Of a DNA stretch of 59,296 bases, positions 1 to 9,124 are shown piece after piece. Position 1 is the stretch's first letter. The number at the start of each line of letters is the position of its first letter. The stretch comes from a virus, in IMG/VR virus record IMGVR_UViG_3300044552_000050, positions 1 through 59,296 of that record. The stretch is one strand, 5' to 3'. The notes beneath the pieces were generated by a model, which saw only the letters and a list, made by a program, of their open reading frames with translations, was not told the DNA's origin and did not search any database. The translations under genes were made by a program, and so were the position numbers.

Positions 1-127
1 GCAGAACAGTTCATTCGTGATGCCCAACCACGGATTTCCGAATACCATCGCGGTGTGGCGAATGAGCGTCATATCCTTCTCGGCCATTTGGCCCGTATTG
101 CACGGTGAAAACACATGATTATCGGAA
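1..127. repeat. Terminal direct repeat, copy 1 (identical to 59170..59296). Circular-assembly overlap or terminal redundancy.
   Basis: Direct comparison shows bases 1-127 equal bases 59170-59296. The repeat carries the 3' end of ORF 59092..59277 and the ATG of ORF 115..735. Confidence 0.95.
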
Positions 128-735
128 TTACTGGTTACGCGCGGTCGGGAAAAACGACCGTTGCTGAAATCCTATGTGACGATTTTGACTATGCACGAAA
201 ACACATTGCCAAACCACTTCGTTCAATGTGTCGGGCCATCTTGTACCATTCTGGTATGACCTACCAACAGGCAACGAATTACCTTGAAGGCGGTAACAAA
301 GAAGACGTGATTCCGTTTTTCGGTGTCAGCAGTCGCTACCTGCAAGTGACGCTCGGAACGGAGTGGGGTCGCAAACTCGTAAGCCCGAACATTTGGGTCG
401 ATCTGTGGAAGGTCAATCTGAGACCGGGCGACAAGGTGATCAACGATTCCGTCCGTTTCAAGAACGAAGAACATGCGATTGGCGACCTCGGCGGTATCGT
501 GATCCGCGTCGTTCGCCCAGGTGTCGGGCCTGCTGTGTTCAAATTCGGAAAATTCGGCAGCGTGGCCTATAAGCTGACTCGGCTGAAGTGGTTTATCCAT
601 CCGTCTGAACGTGTCGATCTGATTTCTGCTGACTATACCATCGTGAATGATGGAACGGTCGAAGACCTGCGGCAGAAGGTAACGCCAATCCTGACCATCG
701 AACGCACAAGGCGTCGAGAAACGAACAATGGCTGA
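115..735 (+). CDS. Deoxynucleoside monophosphate kinase (T4 gp1-like P-loop kinase)
   Basis: Walker A GITGYARSGKTT. Later blocks LGTEWGR, IVIRVVRPG and IVNDGTVEDL parallel T4 gp1 (ALGTD.., VIHVVRPG, ITNDGSLEEL). Confidence 0.7.
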   Translation: MIIGITGYARSGKTTVAEILCDDFDYARKHIAKPLRSMCRAILYHSGMTYQQATNYLEGGNKEDVIPFFGVSSRYLQVTLGTEWGRKLVSPNIWVDLWKVNLRPGDKVINDSVRFKNEEHAIGDLGGIVIRVVRPGVGPAVFKFGKFGSVAYKLTRLKWFIHPSERVDLISADYTIVNDGTVEDLRQKVTPILTIERTRRRETNNG

Positions 736-1237
736 AATGGGCGACAACAGCGACCACTTTCCTGAAAACGAAAACACGTCCGTTGGTGGCGTTGCATCTG
801 ACCGGCTGCGGTGCATCATCGAGCGGGTCGAGCGACTGGAGGAAGAACGTAAGGCCATTGCCGGTGACATACGCGACATTTGGGTTGAAGCGAAGTCAGG
901 CGGTTTCGATGTAAAGGTCATCAAGCAGATCATCCGCATCCGCAAGCAGGAACCTGCCGAGGTTGAAGAACAGGAAACCCTGTTGGACGTGTATCGCCGC
1001 GCACTCGGTATGTGTTCCATGTCAGCGGCACTAGGGAACCTCTTGCGCCGTGCATCACGCCACCGGCTTCAGGTCAATATCTGGCCGGTGGATAACGGCT
1101 ATCAGGTAAACGTAAGGTCTGGTCCTGAAAATTCTTGGTACGTGATCCATGTTAATGAGCCAGTGGAGGGTTTGGAGCATGCGTTACGGTCCAAATTGAA
1201 GGAGTTGGAACGGCCATCAGGGGGATTGTTTGAATGA
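728..1237 (+). CDS. GapR-like (DUF2312) DNA-binding protein with an extra C-terminal domain of about 75 aa
   Basis: Core SDRLRCIIERVERLEEERKAIAGDIRDIWVEAKSGGFDVKVIKQIIRIRKQ...LLDVYRRALGM matches the GapR/UPF0335 pattern. ATGA overlap with the upstream stop. Confidence 0.75.
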   Translation: MAEMGDNSDHFPENENTSVGGVASDRLRCIIERVERLEEERKAIAGDIRDIWVEAKSGGFDVKVIKQIIRIRKQEPAEVEEQETLLDVYRRALGMCSMSAALGNLLRRASRHRLQVNIWPVDNGYQVNVRSGPENSWYVIHVNEPVEGLEHALRSKLKELERPSGGLFE

Positions 1238-2292
1238 CTGTGGACTTTCATCACGGTGACTGTCGTGATGTTCTGCTGGATATGGTGCTTAATGATGTGC
1301 AGGTTGATTCCGTGGTCACTGATCCACCATACGGCTTGCTGTCCATCATTAAACGCTTTGGTAAGTCGAATGCAGCACCGGCCAAGTTTGGTTCAGATGG
1401 TGCATTCGCGCGCGCATCTAAGGGTTTTATGGGCAAAGAGTGGGACGGTACAGGCATTGAGCGTGATAGCGTGTTTTGGGGGCTTGTCCTTGATGTGATG
1501 AAGCCTGGGGCATTCTGTCTCGCATTCAGTTCTGCACGTACAGGCCACCGTCAGGCGGCAGCTATGGAAGACGCAGGATTTATAATGCATCCGATGATCG
1601 TGTGGGTATACGGCCAAGGAATGCCGAAGGCACATCCCGCTGATAAGGCGCTGGTGCGCGCAGGCCACGCGCAGACCGCCGAGGATTGGGCAGGATGGGG
1701 GTATGGCGCGCAGGCGCTAAAACCGGCAGTCGAACCAATTTACGTGGCTCAGAAACCGTTTTCCGAGAAAAACGGTGCGGAAAATATCGTGAGGCATGGC
1801 GTCGGTGCCATGAACCTGTCCGGATGTAGAAATGAAAGCGGGCGCTATCCCGCCAACCTCGTATTGGAAGGCTGTAGTGAAGTTCTGGGACAATTCCCAA
1901 ATACGAAAAGCGGTATGCCTGGTATCATGCGTTCTGCTGTGAACAATGGGGCATGTTACGGCAAGGAATCCCGAAAGCCCGGCACACAGATGGCGGGGTT
2001 TGGTGATGAAGGTTCAGCGTCTAGGTTTTTTCCCATTTTTTACCACGCTAAAGCTGGAAAATTTGATCGCGCTGGCATCATGCATCCAACCGTCAAACCT
2101 ATTGGTTTGCTACGATGGTTAATTAAACTCGTGACACCGCCTGGCGGATGTGTTCTTGATATGTTCGCGGGAACGGGAACTACTGGTATCGCTGCCCAGT
2201 TAGAAGGCTTCAATGCAATTCTTATTGAAGCTGATGACCAATACGCAGCGGAAATTAATGCTCGTTTTGCCGGGTACGAACTGTTTGAGTAG
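1234..2292 (+). CDS. Beta-class N6-adenine/N4-cytosine DNA methyltransferase
   Basis: DPPY motif (VVTDPPYGL) at the N-terminus. HPTVKP and SAM motif LDMFAGTGTTG near the C-terminus (motif order IV then I). Confidence 0.85.
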   Translation: MTVDFHHGDCRDVLLDMVLNDVQVDSVVTDPPYGLLSIIKRFGKSNAAPAKFGSDGAFARASKGFMGKEWDGTGIERDSVFWGLVLDVMKPGAFCLAFSSARTGHRQAAAMEDAGFIMHPMIVWVYGQGMPKAHPADKALVRAGHAQTAEDWAGWGYGAQALKPAVEPIYVAQKPFSEKNGAENIVRHGVGAMNLSGCRNESGRYPANLVLEGCSEVLGQFPNTKSGMPGIMRSAVNNGACYGKESRKPGTQMAGFGDEGSASRFFPIFYHAKAGKFDRAGIMHPTVKPIGLLRWLIKLVTPPGGCVLDMFAGTGTTGIAAQLEGFNAILIEADDQYAAEINARFAGYELFE

Positions 2293-2301
2293 GAGGTTAA
2301 T

Positions 2302-2478
2302 TTGGCATCGTATAAAGAAAACTTTGCAGATGGAAAGTTGAAAGCAGAAGAAGCTGTGCGAGAAATGAAGCGTACACAGTTCCCAGGTATTATTGCAAAG
2401 GAATATCATTCCATAAATAATCCTGATGTAAAAAATAGTTTTTTATGGCATATAGCCGAATATATTATACAGAAATAA
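2302..2478 (+). CDS. Hypothetical 58-aa protein, below the ORF-track cutoff
   Basis: TTG start 5 nt after AGGAGG (2291-2296). Translation MASYKENFADGKLKAEEAVREMKRTQFPGIIAKEYHSINNPDVKNSFLWHIAEYIIQK. Ends 6 nt before the terminator hairpin. AT-rich. Confidence 0.5.
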   Translation: MASYKENFADGKLKAEEAVREMKRTQFPGIIAKEYHSINNPDVKNSFLWHIAEYIIQK

Positions 2479-2484
2479 TTTTTG

Positions 2485-2519
2485 ATATGTGCGGAAAAAA
2501 TTATTTATTCCGCACATAT
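2485..2519. terminator. Hairpin terminator shared by convergent genes
   Basis: 11-bp perfect stem ATATGTGCGGA / TCCGCACATAT with a 13-nt A/T loop and T-rich flanks. Lies between the + ORF ending at 2478 and the - ORF ending at 2523. Confidence 0.7.
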
Positions 2520-2522
2520 ACA

Positions 2523-3029
2523 TTATTTTTCAGAAAATTCTTCTCTTGATTTTTCTTTTTCAGTTTTAACGAATATATCTTTTTCACCGTCGTTTATATT
2601 TTCATTGCTATCTTGCAGTTTCTTGAGTTTTATTTTTATTGTCTCACCGTAAACATCGTCTGCTGACGTTGATAGATCAACGATAGTGCCAACTAAGCCG
2701 CCGAACACAATGTTACCAAATATCCAACCTTTGTTATGGCTTTTATCAACACCTGTTATTGATGTAAAACCATATTTTTGACAGCGTATAATAAGGTTGC
2801 TTCGACTTTTTTCTACAGTAAATATGCCCGGTGTAACTAAGTTAGCAACAGATTTACCCTCTCTTGTTACATCGCACGATACGCCAGGAGGGTCAGAATT
2901 TATAGAAATAGTTTGCTTTGGTGGTTCTATAATGGTGGCACAACCGGATAATGCCACTAATAAGGAAGTAAAAGACAATCTGTTTAAGATATTCACTTTT
3001 ATGCCCCAAATGTCTATAAGCAGAGGCAT
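2523..3029 (-). CDS. Lipoprotein of unknown function (AT-rich moron)
   Basis: Signal peptide plus lipobox LVALSGC. An internal GTG at 2996 would give MNILNRLSFTSLLVALSGC. Contains GNIVFGGLVGTIVD, a motif typical of a bacterial lipoprotein family. Clearly lower GC than its neighbours. Confidence 0.7.
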   Translation of the reverse strand: MPLLIDIWGIKVNILNRLSFTSLLVALSGCATIIEPPKQTISINSDPPGVSCDVTREGKSVANLVTPGIFTVEKSRSNLIIRCQKYGFTSITGVDKSHNKGWIFGNIVFGGLVGTIVDLSTSADDVYGETIKIKLKKLQDSNENINDGEKDIFVKTEKEKSREEFSEK

Positions 3030-3041
3030 CCTGTTAGCATA

Positions 3042-3224
3042 TCAGTCTCTATTTCGCCACTTCTTTACCGTATCAGTTTCATAAATCCTAATAGAAGTCC
3101 AAACGATAGTGAACATGGCAGCAATATCGGGTAACTGGTGAAACACACTGCCGATCATTGCTGTCACTGAAATAATGTCTCCAAGTCGCACAAATAGATA
3201 GCCGTGGTCACTCATTACCGGCAC
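3042..3224 (-). CDS. Small membrane protein at the end of the lysis cassette (possible holin)
   Basis: 60 aa with two hydrophobic stretches and a charged C-terminus (ETDTVKKWRNRD). Overlaps the o-spanin stop. Confidence 0.45.
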   Translation of the reverse strand: MPVMSDHGYLFVRLGDIISVTAMIGSVFHQLPDIAAMFTIVWTSIRIYETDTVKKWRNRD

Positions 3225-3472
3225 CCTTCAATTACGGGTTCAAGTTGGCGCAGTCGCGCACGGCGTAACTCACGCCCGGCAATCAGAAGCCGATAGCGTT
3301 CATCGGCCCCATCTGCGGCAAGCAGTGATTCAGTGGTGTCGGGATACTCAGGTTCGCGCGGCAGCCGGACAGGCACACAGGACGCGCTGACCGGCATGAG
3401 CGCGGTACGCTCGCCAGAAGATGACGCGCACCCTACCAGCGCGCACAGGCCAATCAGGCATGCGTGTTTCAC
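3215..3472 (-). CDS. o-spanin (outer-membrane lipoprotein, Rz1-like)
   Basis: Signal peptide with lipobox ALVGC, a Pro-rich mature part, 85 aa. Immediately downstream of the i-spanin with a 4-nt overlap. Confidence 0.7.
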   Translation of the reverse strand: MKHACLIGLCALVGCASSSGERTALMPVSASCVPVRLPREPEYPDTTESLLAADGADERYRLLIAGRELRRARLRQLEPVIEGCR

Positions 3473-3801
3473 TGAGATTTCCTTAGAGCATTGGTGAATT
3501 GGTCATCCACGGACTGAACACGCGCACATTCTGTTGTGCCAGTCGGTCGCATGGTGATGAACTGGTGCGCGACTTCATCGCGGGTCCGAAGGAACGGACG
3601 CAGTTCAGCCAGTTGGTCGGACGTGCGCTGCAACCGCGCCTGACTGTCGCGGCTCACTGCCAGAATGGTATTGGACTGGTCAGTTAAGACCGTCTGCACG
3701 TTCTTCAGGTTTGCCTGTGTCGCGTCAATCTCATGACGCAGGTGCAGGTCAACGCCCAATAGCGTGACAATCGCCATGACGGACAGCAGGCGCGACCACA
3801 T
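3469..3801 (-). CDS. i-spanin (Rz-like)
   Basis: N-terminal TM helix (LLSVMAIVTLLGV) followed by coiled-coil-like sequence. Sits directly after the endolysin. Confidence 0.65.
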   Translation of the reverse strand: MWSRLLSVMAIVTLLGVDLHLRHEIDATQANLKNVQTVLTDQSNTILAVSRDSQARLQRTSDQLAELRPFLRTRDEVAHQFITMRPTGTTECARVQSVDDQFTNALRKSQ

Positions 3802-4463
3802 CAGATGAAAAATTCCATCAGCCTTTGGCGGCGCTGCTGCACGGACATAAGCCCTGTGATGCCGCCGTTCACGATCCGACGTGCCTGTGTGAAGTTGCCA
3901 GCGTCGATCGCGCAGTTCACGCAGTTCACGGTCCAGAACTCACCAGCCACATGCAGCCCGAGGTTTGGCTTTGCCACGGCGTCAGGGCTCCCGATCAGAT
4001 CGAGGCCCAAACGGTTGCCGTACAGTCGATAGTTACCGCGCCCGGTAATCTGGATTGCGCCACGACCGCGATACAGCCAGCCGTCATTCACCCCCGTATT
4101 GCCCATACGATTGTTGTACACGCGGTTTGCGAGTGCCTGGGGGTTATGTGCGTATGGTTCTGCTGTGGCGAGCGTGGGGAAGCGTGTGGGCCACACAGCG
4201 AATATCTGTTCGGCAGTGTAATCGAGGTTTTCCGACCACAGACGATACCCGCCCGTTTCAACCACGGTCTGCGCGATGAACTCGCACAGCCGTTCAACGG
4301 TGGTGAGCTGATAGCGGTCGGATGCTTCAGCGAAGAACAAAGCAACGTCCGTGCTATTTTTCGCAATTTTGGAGATCAGCATACCGAACGTCTCAACGCC
4401 CGGTATGCCGTCTTCCATTACGCCGAGTCTGGACTGTGCCAGTTCCCAATCAATATCCGTCAT
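3801..4463 (-). CDS. Endolysin, glycoside hydrolase family 19 (chitinase-like)
   Basis: GH19 signature NDGWLYRGRGAIQITGRGNY. Followed by the spanin genes. Confidence 0.85.
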   Translation of the reverse strand: MTDIDWELAQSRLGVMEDGIPGVETFGMLISKIAKNSTDVALFFAEASDRYQLTTVERLCEFIAQTVVETGGYRLWSENLDYTAEQIFAVWPTRFPTLATAEPYAHNPQALANRVYNNRMGNTGVNDGWLYRGRGAIQITGRGNYRLYGNRLGLDLIGSPDAVAKPNLGLHVAGEFWTVNCVNCAIDAGNFTQARRIVNGGITGLMSVQQRRQRLMEFFI

Positions 4464-4474
4464 ACACGCAGAGA

Positions 4475-4493
4475 ACTCACGTGGCGCGTGAGT
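4475..4493 (-). promoter_or_regulatory. ACTCAC-N7-GTGAGT dyad, copy a
   Basis: Sense strand reads TTGACACTCACGCGCCACGTGAGT, ending 13 nt upstream of the endolysin ATG. Confidence 0.6.
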
Positions 4494-4505
4494 GTCAAGG
4501 TGAAA

Positions 4506-4808
4506 TTATGACGTTGTGATTGTAGGTTCAGTGTAGGCCGCGACCTTACCCTCCTTGATGATAAGATTACCCGGGGCGAGCGACAACCATTCGTCCTGAG
4601 TCAGTGCAATTACCTGAGTAATGGACGTGAGCCAGCTTGGTTGTGAGGAATACACGTTAAGGTCAACAAGTCCCGCAACTGGGTATGCGCCAAGCATGGT
4701 CGAGGATGGGAACGCATAATACTGCGCCGGATAGTCGGCTTTCCACCATACTGGCGTCTCTGTGATTGTCAGTGTCGGGATGTCTGCAGTCGTTGTGTCT
4801 GTTGTCAC
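4506..4808 (-). CDS. Hypothetical protein; possible tail-fibre assembly or accessory protein by position
   Basis: 100-aa ORF overlapping the tail-fibre stop by 4 nt. No recognised motif. Confidence 0.5.
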   Translation of the reverse strand: MTTDTTTADIPTLTITETPVWWKADYPAQYYAFPSSTMLGAYPVAGLVDLNVYSSQPSWLTSITQVIALTQDEWLSLAPGNLIIKEGKVAAYTEPTITTS

Positions 4809-6502
4809 GATACGATGCCTTCAACAGTTATGGTCACTAAGAATGGATTTGTGGAGTTTGCACTGCCGTTGATGCAACGGAGTGGCACACTGCTTGTTGT
4901 CGTACCTAGAGATGTTTTTGCCGAGTTCAGACCAACCACGATACTAGCGGCAGCCCCTGATGACAGATCAATGCTTCCCAACCCAATAACATTCGGTACA
5001 GAAGCGAATGTTATTGGGAAAGAGGCTATCACATTGCCGCTGCTGTCAGGTGTGACTTTAAACTGAAACGTCTGTCGTAGAACACTGCGCCCGGTTCCGT
5101 CATTCATAGGCGTCTTGGTGTACGTTCCGCCTGAGATTACGCCAGCGGTGGTCAGTTCGGACGTAAGCGCCGTAGTCCCTGCGGCACTAACAATTCGGCT
5201 TCCTGTAGTGAAATTCCAATAAAATGTATTCCCAGCACTCGTTAAAAACAGAACACCAGACGCGCTAACTCCGTTGGTTTCTTGGGCGTATAGTTGGAAC
5301 CTTGTGGTCGCGTCGGCCTGGGAAACTACGGCAGGTCCATAGTTTGTTTGCCCTGGAGTGCTGGCCGGATTAGGGTTAGCCAGTAACAGCGCTGATGACA
5401 TTATATCGCCTGCTTTGTTCACTTTCGTAGCATCAGCAGCTTCTCGTAGCACCGCTTCAGCCGATACAGCATTCGCAATGGCCGTTGTATCAACACTGCT
5501 GTTAAGAATGGAGTTGGGGGCACCCATCACCCCGATGAAATATGCGCCTTCCCCCCACGAGTTTGATGTGTCCATTGCGAGACCATGACGTATTTCGGTC
5601 GCGGCTGCGCGCCATGGCGACGTAACAGACAGCCCGAAATACGTCATGGTCGTGGCGCCGATGTTCGACCCATATATGCCAATGGCAGCAGTTCCAGAAG
5701 TCTGTGACGTATCGCACACCAGAAACGCATACTCAGTACCGGCAGAAAGAACGACAACACTGCTGAATACAAACATGACTTCGGCAGCCGTAGCAGCAGC
5801 ACTTGCCGTGTATTCTGCCGTTGCGACAATGGTATTAACACTGTGGTCGGTGTTCAGTGTCGTAATAGCCAGCTTGTATGTATGGTTCGCTATCAGGTCG
5901 AGCAGGAGTCCCACACCTTTCACGGTGTAGTCCTCTGCACCTACAGTGAGAACGACGCCCTTCAGATTGTAGCTACTGGTAGACTGCGAACGGTCTGTAT
6001 CAGTCGGTATCGAAAACACGTAGGGTGACAGATAGCCTGTCATGGACGCCGACCAAGACAATACGCCGGTCTTGTCCACCGTGAGACCTGTGCCTACTTT
6101 CACGCCGCCGAGTGTACTGGCTGTTGCGGCAGGCAGTGTGTAATCGCTCCCGCTTCCACCACCCGAAGAAATCACCGTCCACGCGCTGCCGTCGAACTTA
6201 TAAAAAGCACTCTTGGACGCCACGTAAAACTGGAAACCAGCCTGCGCGGTAAAGTAGGACCATGCAGCGTTATCGTATGCAGCAATGGAATTGGCGTTCG
6301 CTGTCGCGGATGCCGAAAGCAGGTAAACATCACCCTGCGCCGGGGACGCGGGCACAGCATCGACAATATCGAGGGCGCGCGCCTGCGTGAAAACCGAAAT
6401 CGCAAGCCAGTTGGCGTTTACGCCGTCAGCCCATCCATCTTCACCAGCGGTCCAGCCGCCAGTGATACCAAGACCCGGTAACGCTCTGCTTGTTGTGGTC
6501 AT
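4805..6502 (-). CDS. Tail fibre protein (DUF2793-like N-terminus)
   Basis: N-terminus LPGLGITGGW...WADGVNANWLAISVF...PASPAQGDVYLL...AYDNAAWSYF...FDGSAWTV fits the DUF2793 pattern. Contains the LPAATASTLGGVKVG fibre motif and an Ala/Ser/Thr/Gly-rich body. Last large gene of the tail module. Confidence 0.7.
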   Translation of the reverse strand: MTTTSRALPGLGITGGWTAGEDGWADGVNANWLAISVFTQARALDIVDAVPASPAQGDVYLLSASATANANSIAAYDNAAWSYFTAQAGFQFYVASKSAFYKFDGSAWTVISSGGGSGSDYTLPAATASTLGGVKVGTGLTVDKTGVLSWSASMTGYLSPYVFSIPTDTDRSQSTSSYNLKGVVLTVGAEDYTVKGVGLLLDLIANHTYKLAITTLNTDHSVNTIVATAEYTASAAATAAEVMFVFSSVVVLSAGTEYAFLVCDTSQTSGTAAIGIYGSNIGATTMTYFGLSVTSPWRAAATEIRHGLAMDTSNSWGEGAYFIGVMGAPNSILNSSVDTTAIANAVSAEAVLREAADATKVNKAGDIMSSALLLANPNPASTPGQTNYGPAVVSQADATTRFQLYAQETNGVSASGVLFLTSAGNTFYWNFTTGSRIVSAAGTTALTSELTTAGVISGGTYTKTPMNDGTGRSVLRQTFQFKVTPDSSGNVIASFPITFASVPNVIGLGSIDLSSGAAASIVVGLNSAKTSLGTTTSSVPLRCINGSANSTNPFLVTITVEGIVS

Positions 6503-6505
6503 GTG

Positions 6506-9124
6506 TTAGTTCCCGTAGTTATTGCCATAGCTTTTACCATATCCACCCGGCAGAATCACAGTCACGTCATAGGACATAAGCGATGTGAAACCGTCACGTT
6601 CTGAGAGGACGCGAACAACACCCTGTCCGTTATCCCCGAAGTCAGAAAGCTGCACTGTCTGGCTCGTTCCAGTCAGGCCCGAGTAGGTTTTCAGCACGTT
6701 GCCGCTAGAGTCCAGCAATTCAACCGTGGTTGTCTGGTCCGTTTCCGGTGCCATATCGCCATCAGTCCACAGTGTCGCAACAGGTGATTCAGTCGTCCTG
6801 TTGCGTCGCGCCCATGTCACGTCGAAGGATGCGCCAGACGCAATCTGCACGGTGTCCAGTGTGCTACCGGCCACGAGCACATTGGCGGGACGCAGCGGCA
6901 GGTATGGCCGGTCGGTCAGTGTGTATTTTACGTCAGTGGCATCGGCAATCGCCAACTCACCTTTAGCCGTCAGTGTCGTCAGCTTGTAATCGACCAGTGA
7001 TCCTGCGCCGCGTTCGGACAGGTCGAACACAAGGCTGTCTGTCGTCAGCATCCAGACAGTCGTGCCTTCCGGCCAAGCGCGCGGAACCGTGTCAAACAGA
7101 CCGCGCGCTAATGACCAACCCCCGGCAGTCGAGCCGGTTATGAGTGCAAATTCGTCAGCCGTTTCGCCAGTGCTTCCGATCAGCAGCAAAACACCCGTGG
7201 CAGCGGCCATGCTACCTGTGATCGCGCCGAACACTGCTCCGGTAGTGCTGCTTTCGCGGACCAGTGCGCTGCCGAGGGTAGTTATGCCAACAGGTGCTAC
7301 ATTGGTGACGTAGCCTGTCGAGGTTGCGCCTGTCACGTCGGTAGTTGTGCCGTTCAGGTTGACCTGCGTAATGCTGGTGTTGTCGGTCGCGGTCAGGATA
7401 ATCGAACAAACCTGTGGGTATTCGTAGGCATCCGACACGACCTCACCGCTTTCATCAATCAACCAGCGCGGCGGTGTTATCACTTTGACATCGCTGACCG
7501 GTGTAGGTGCTGCCGTCGGATTCGTCCAACTGGTTGATGGGCTGCTGGAAAACGCTGTGACCGGAAGTGAAAACACGTCTTCGGTCAGATTTATGTGTAT
7601 CTGCGGGCTGCCGTTTTTGCCACCGTCCACCTTCAACACACGACAGATAAGGCCATCCATTTCATAACCTGGTTCCGGATAATTCAGCATCACTACATCG
7701 CCCGGCACCAGGTCCCACATCGTTCGATCGGTGTCACCCTCTAGCGTGGCAAATGGCGCGCTCACCGTCCGAAGATCGCGCTGCGCTGCTTTCATGGCTA
7801 CCGTGGCTGACCGGAACGCAGTGTACGTTTTCGTTGTGGAAACTATATTGCCCTGAATGGAAATGTTGGCAGAATTTTGCAAACTGACTGAGTCGCTGTC
7901 CTCATTCTGGTCATTCGTGTACTGCACTACCACTTCGTTCGTGGTCTCCGTGTACAGCTTCCGTGAGAAGTCGGTGAGCGTAAAGTTGCTCCTATCCAGA
8001 ACCGGCAACGAGGTGGTGTCGTAATCCCCGCGAATGAGTCGAATTTCAATCAGGCCGGTGCTTGGACGAACCGCAACAATCCCTTCAATGTGGGCAAGGA
8101 TGTTGCCGATCATATCTTCAATGGACTGCTGTTGATCCCATTTGTACGCGATGCCGTAACCTTCTTCATACACGGTTTGGGACGCCGCGTTCCACTTATC
8201 CATGTCGAAATTGGCAACGGGTTCGCCCATCCCCCATACCTGGTCGGTCATGGCTTCAAATATGAAGTGGACGGGGTTGACCTGCCCTTTACCTGCAAAG
8301 CGTGCTGTATAGTTAGACAACCAGTAATAGGTGGCATCGTTGTTATACCAACCGTGAAAGACGTAGTGGATGGAAATGATAACGCCATTGACCTGAATGC
8401 CGACAGCAGGCGTTCCGCTTGGTACACCTTCAATAAGGTCTTTCAATTTTTTCTGGTACGACGGGGAAGATGGGTCTAGGCCGGAATAGATAGGCTCTGA
8501 AATACCACCAACTGTAATTTCATTGTTCTCTGCATCGACGTTGATTTCTGTACCGTCAATGGTCAGAGTTGTGCCATCAATTTTACAACGGCTACCACCT
8601 ACCTGAGTATAGACGCTTTGCACCAACACTTCCGATACACCGTTCACGGTCACAGTCGCACCGTTAACGGTCACTTCCTTGGAGGAACTGATAATCGCGT
8701 ATGTCTGATCCAGCGGGGTTTTAGGCAGGCGATACAGTCTGAACCACAAATCTCTCAGATATGGATTATTCGCCCCCCATTTGAAACCTGCAAAACCGTC
8801 CGCATCGTGGAAGAATGCCGATGCAATTCCGCGATAGGATGGTGCAGTTGCAGGGGTCAGACCATACTTTCCAGATAATTCAGGAGTTATTACTTGATCT
8901 GAACCCCCGCAAAGGAAGTCGATATAGCCTCTTATGCCGCCTTCCTTACCGTCTCCGCCAAACAGGTTGTCATTCTGGACATACACAGTATTATTAGTGG
9001 TCGAGCCTTCCCACATGGATTTTTCGCCATAGAAAACTGCCTCAAAGGTATCGACAGCCTGACAAACACCCCAATGCTGAGACATATGGTAGTTGTTTAC
9101 AACAACTTTCCCACTCTTACCCAC
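6506..9124 (-). CDS. Host-specificity / central tail tip protein (lambda J-like, GTA g15-like)
   Basis: 872 aa with a GTG start. N-terminus GKSGKVVVNNYHMSQHWGVCQ..VFYGEKSMW resembles the start of J-type proteins. Lies downstream of the hub protein. Confidence 0.7.
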   Translation of the reverse strand: MGKSGKVVVNNYHMSQHWGVCQAVDTFEAVFYGEKSMWEGSTTNNTVYVQNDNLFGGDGKEGGIRGYIDFLCGGSDQVITPELSGKYGLTPATAPSYRGIASAFFHDADGFAGFKWGANNPYLRDLWFRLYRLPKTPLDQTYAIISSSKEVTVNGATVTVNGVSEVLVQSVYTQVGGSRCKIDGTTLTIDGTEINVDAENNEITVGGISEPIYSGLDPSSPSYQKKLKDLIEGVPSGTPAVGIQVNGVIISIHYVFHGWYNNDATYYWLSNYTARFAGKGQVNPVHFIFEAMTDQVWGMGEPVANFDMDKWNAASQTVYEEGYGIAYKWDQQQSIEDMIGNILAHIEGIVAVRPSTGLIEIRLIRGDYDTTSLPVLDRSNFTLTDFSRKLYTETTNEVVVQYTNDQNEDSDSVSLQNSANISIQGNIVSTTKTYTAFRSATVAMKAAQRDLRTVSAPFATLEGDTDRTMWDLVPGDVVMLNYPEPGYEMDGLICRVLKVDGGKNGSPQIHINLTEDVFSLPVTAFSSSPSTSWTNPTAAPTPVSDVKVITPPRWLIDESGEVVSDAYEYPQVCSIILTATDNTSITQVNLNGTTTDVTGATSTGYVTNVAPVGITTLGSALVRESSTTGAVFGAITGSMAAATGVLLLIGSTGETADEFALITGSTAGGWSLARGLFDTVPRAWPEGTTVWMLTTDSLVFDLSERGAGSLVDYKLTTLTAKGELAIADATDVKYTLTDRPYLPLRPANVLVAGSTLDTVQIASGASFDVTWARRNRTTESPVATLWTDGDMAPETDQTTTVELLDSSGNVLKTYSGLTGTSQTVQLSDFGDNGQGVVRVLSERDGFTSLMSYDVTVILPGGYGKSYGNNYGN

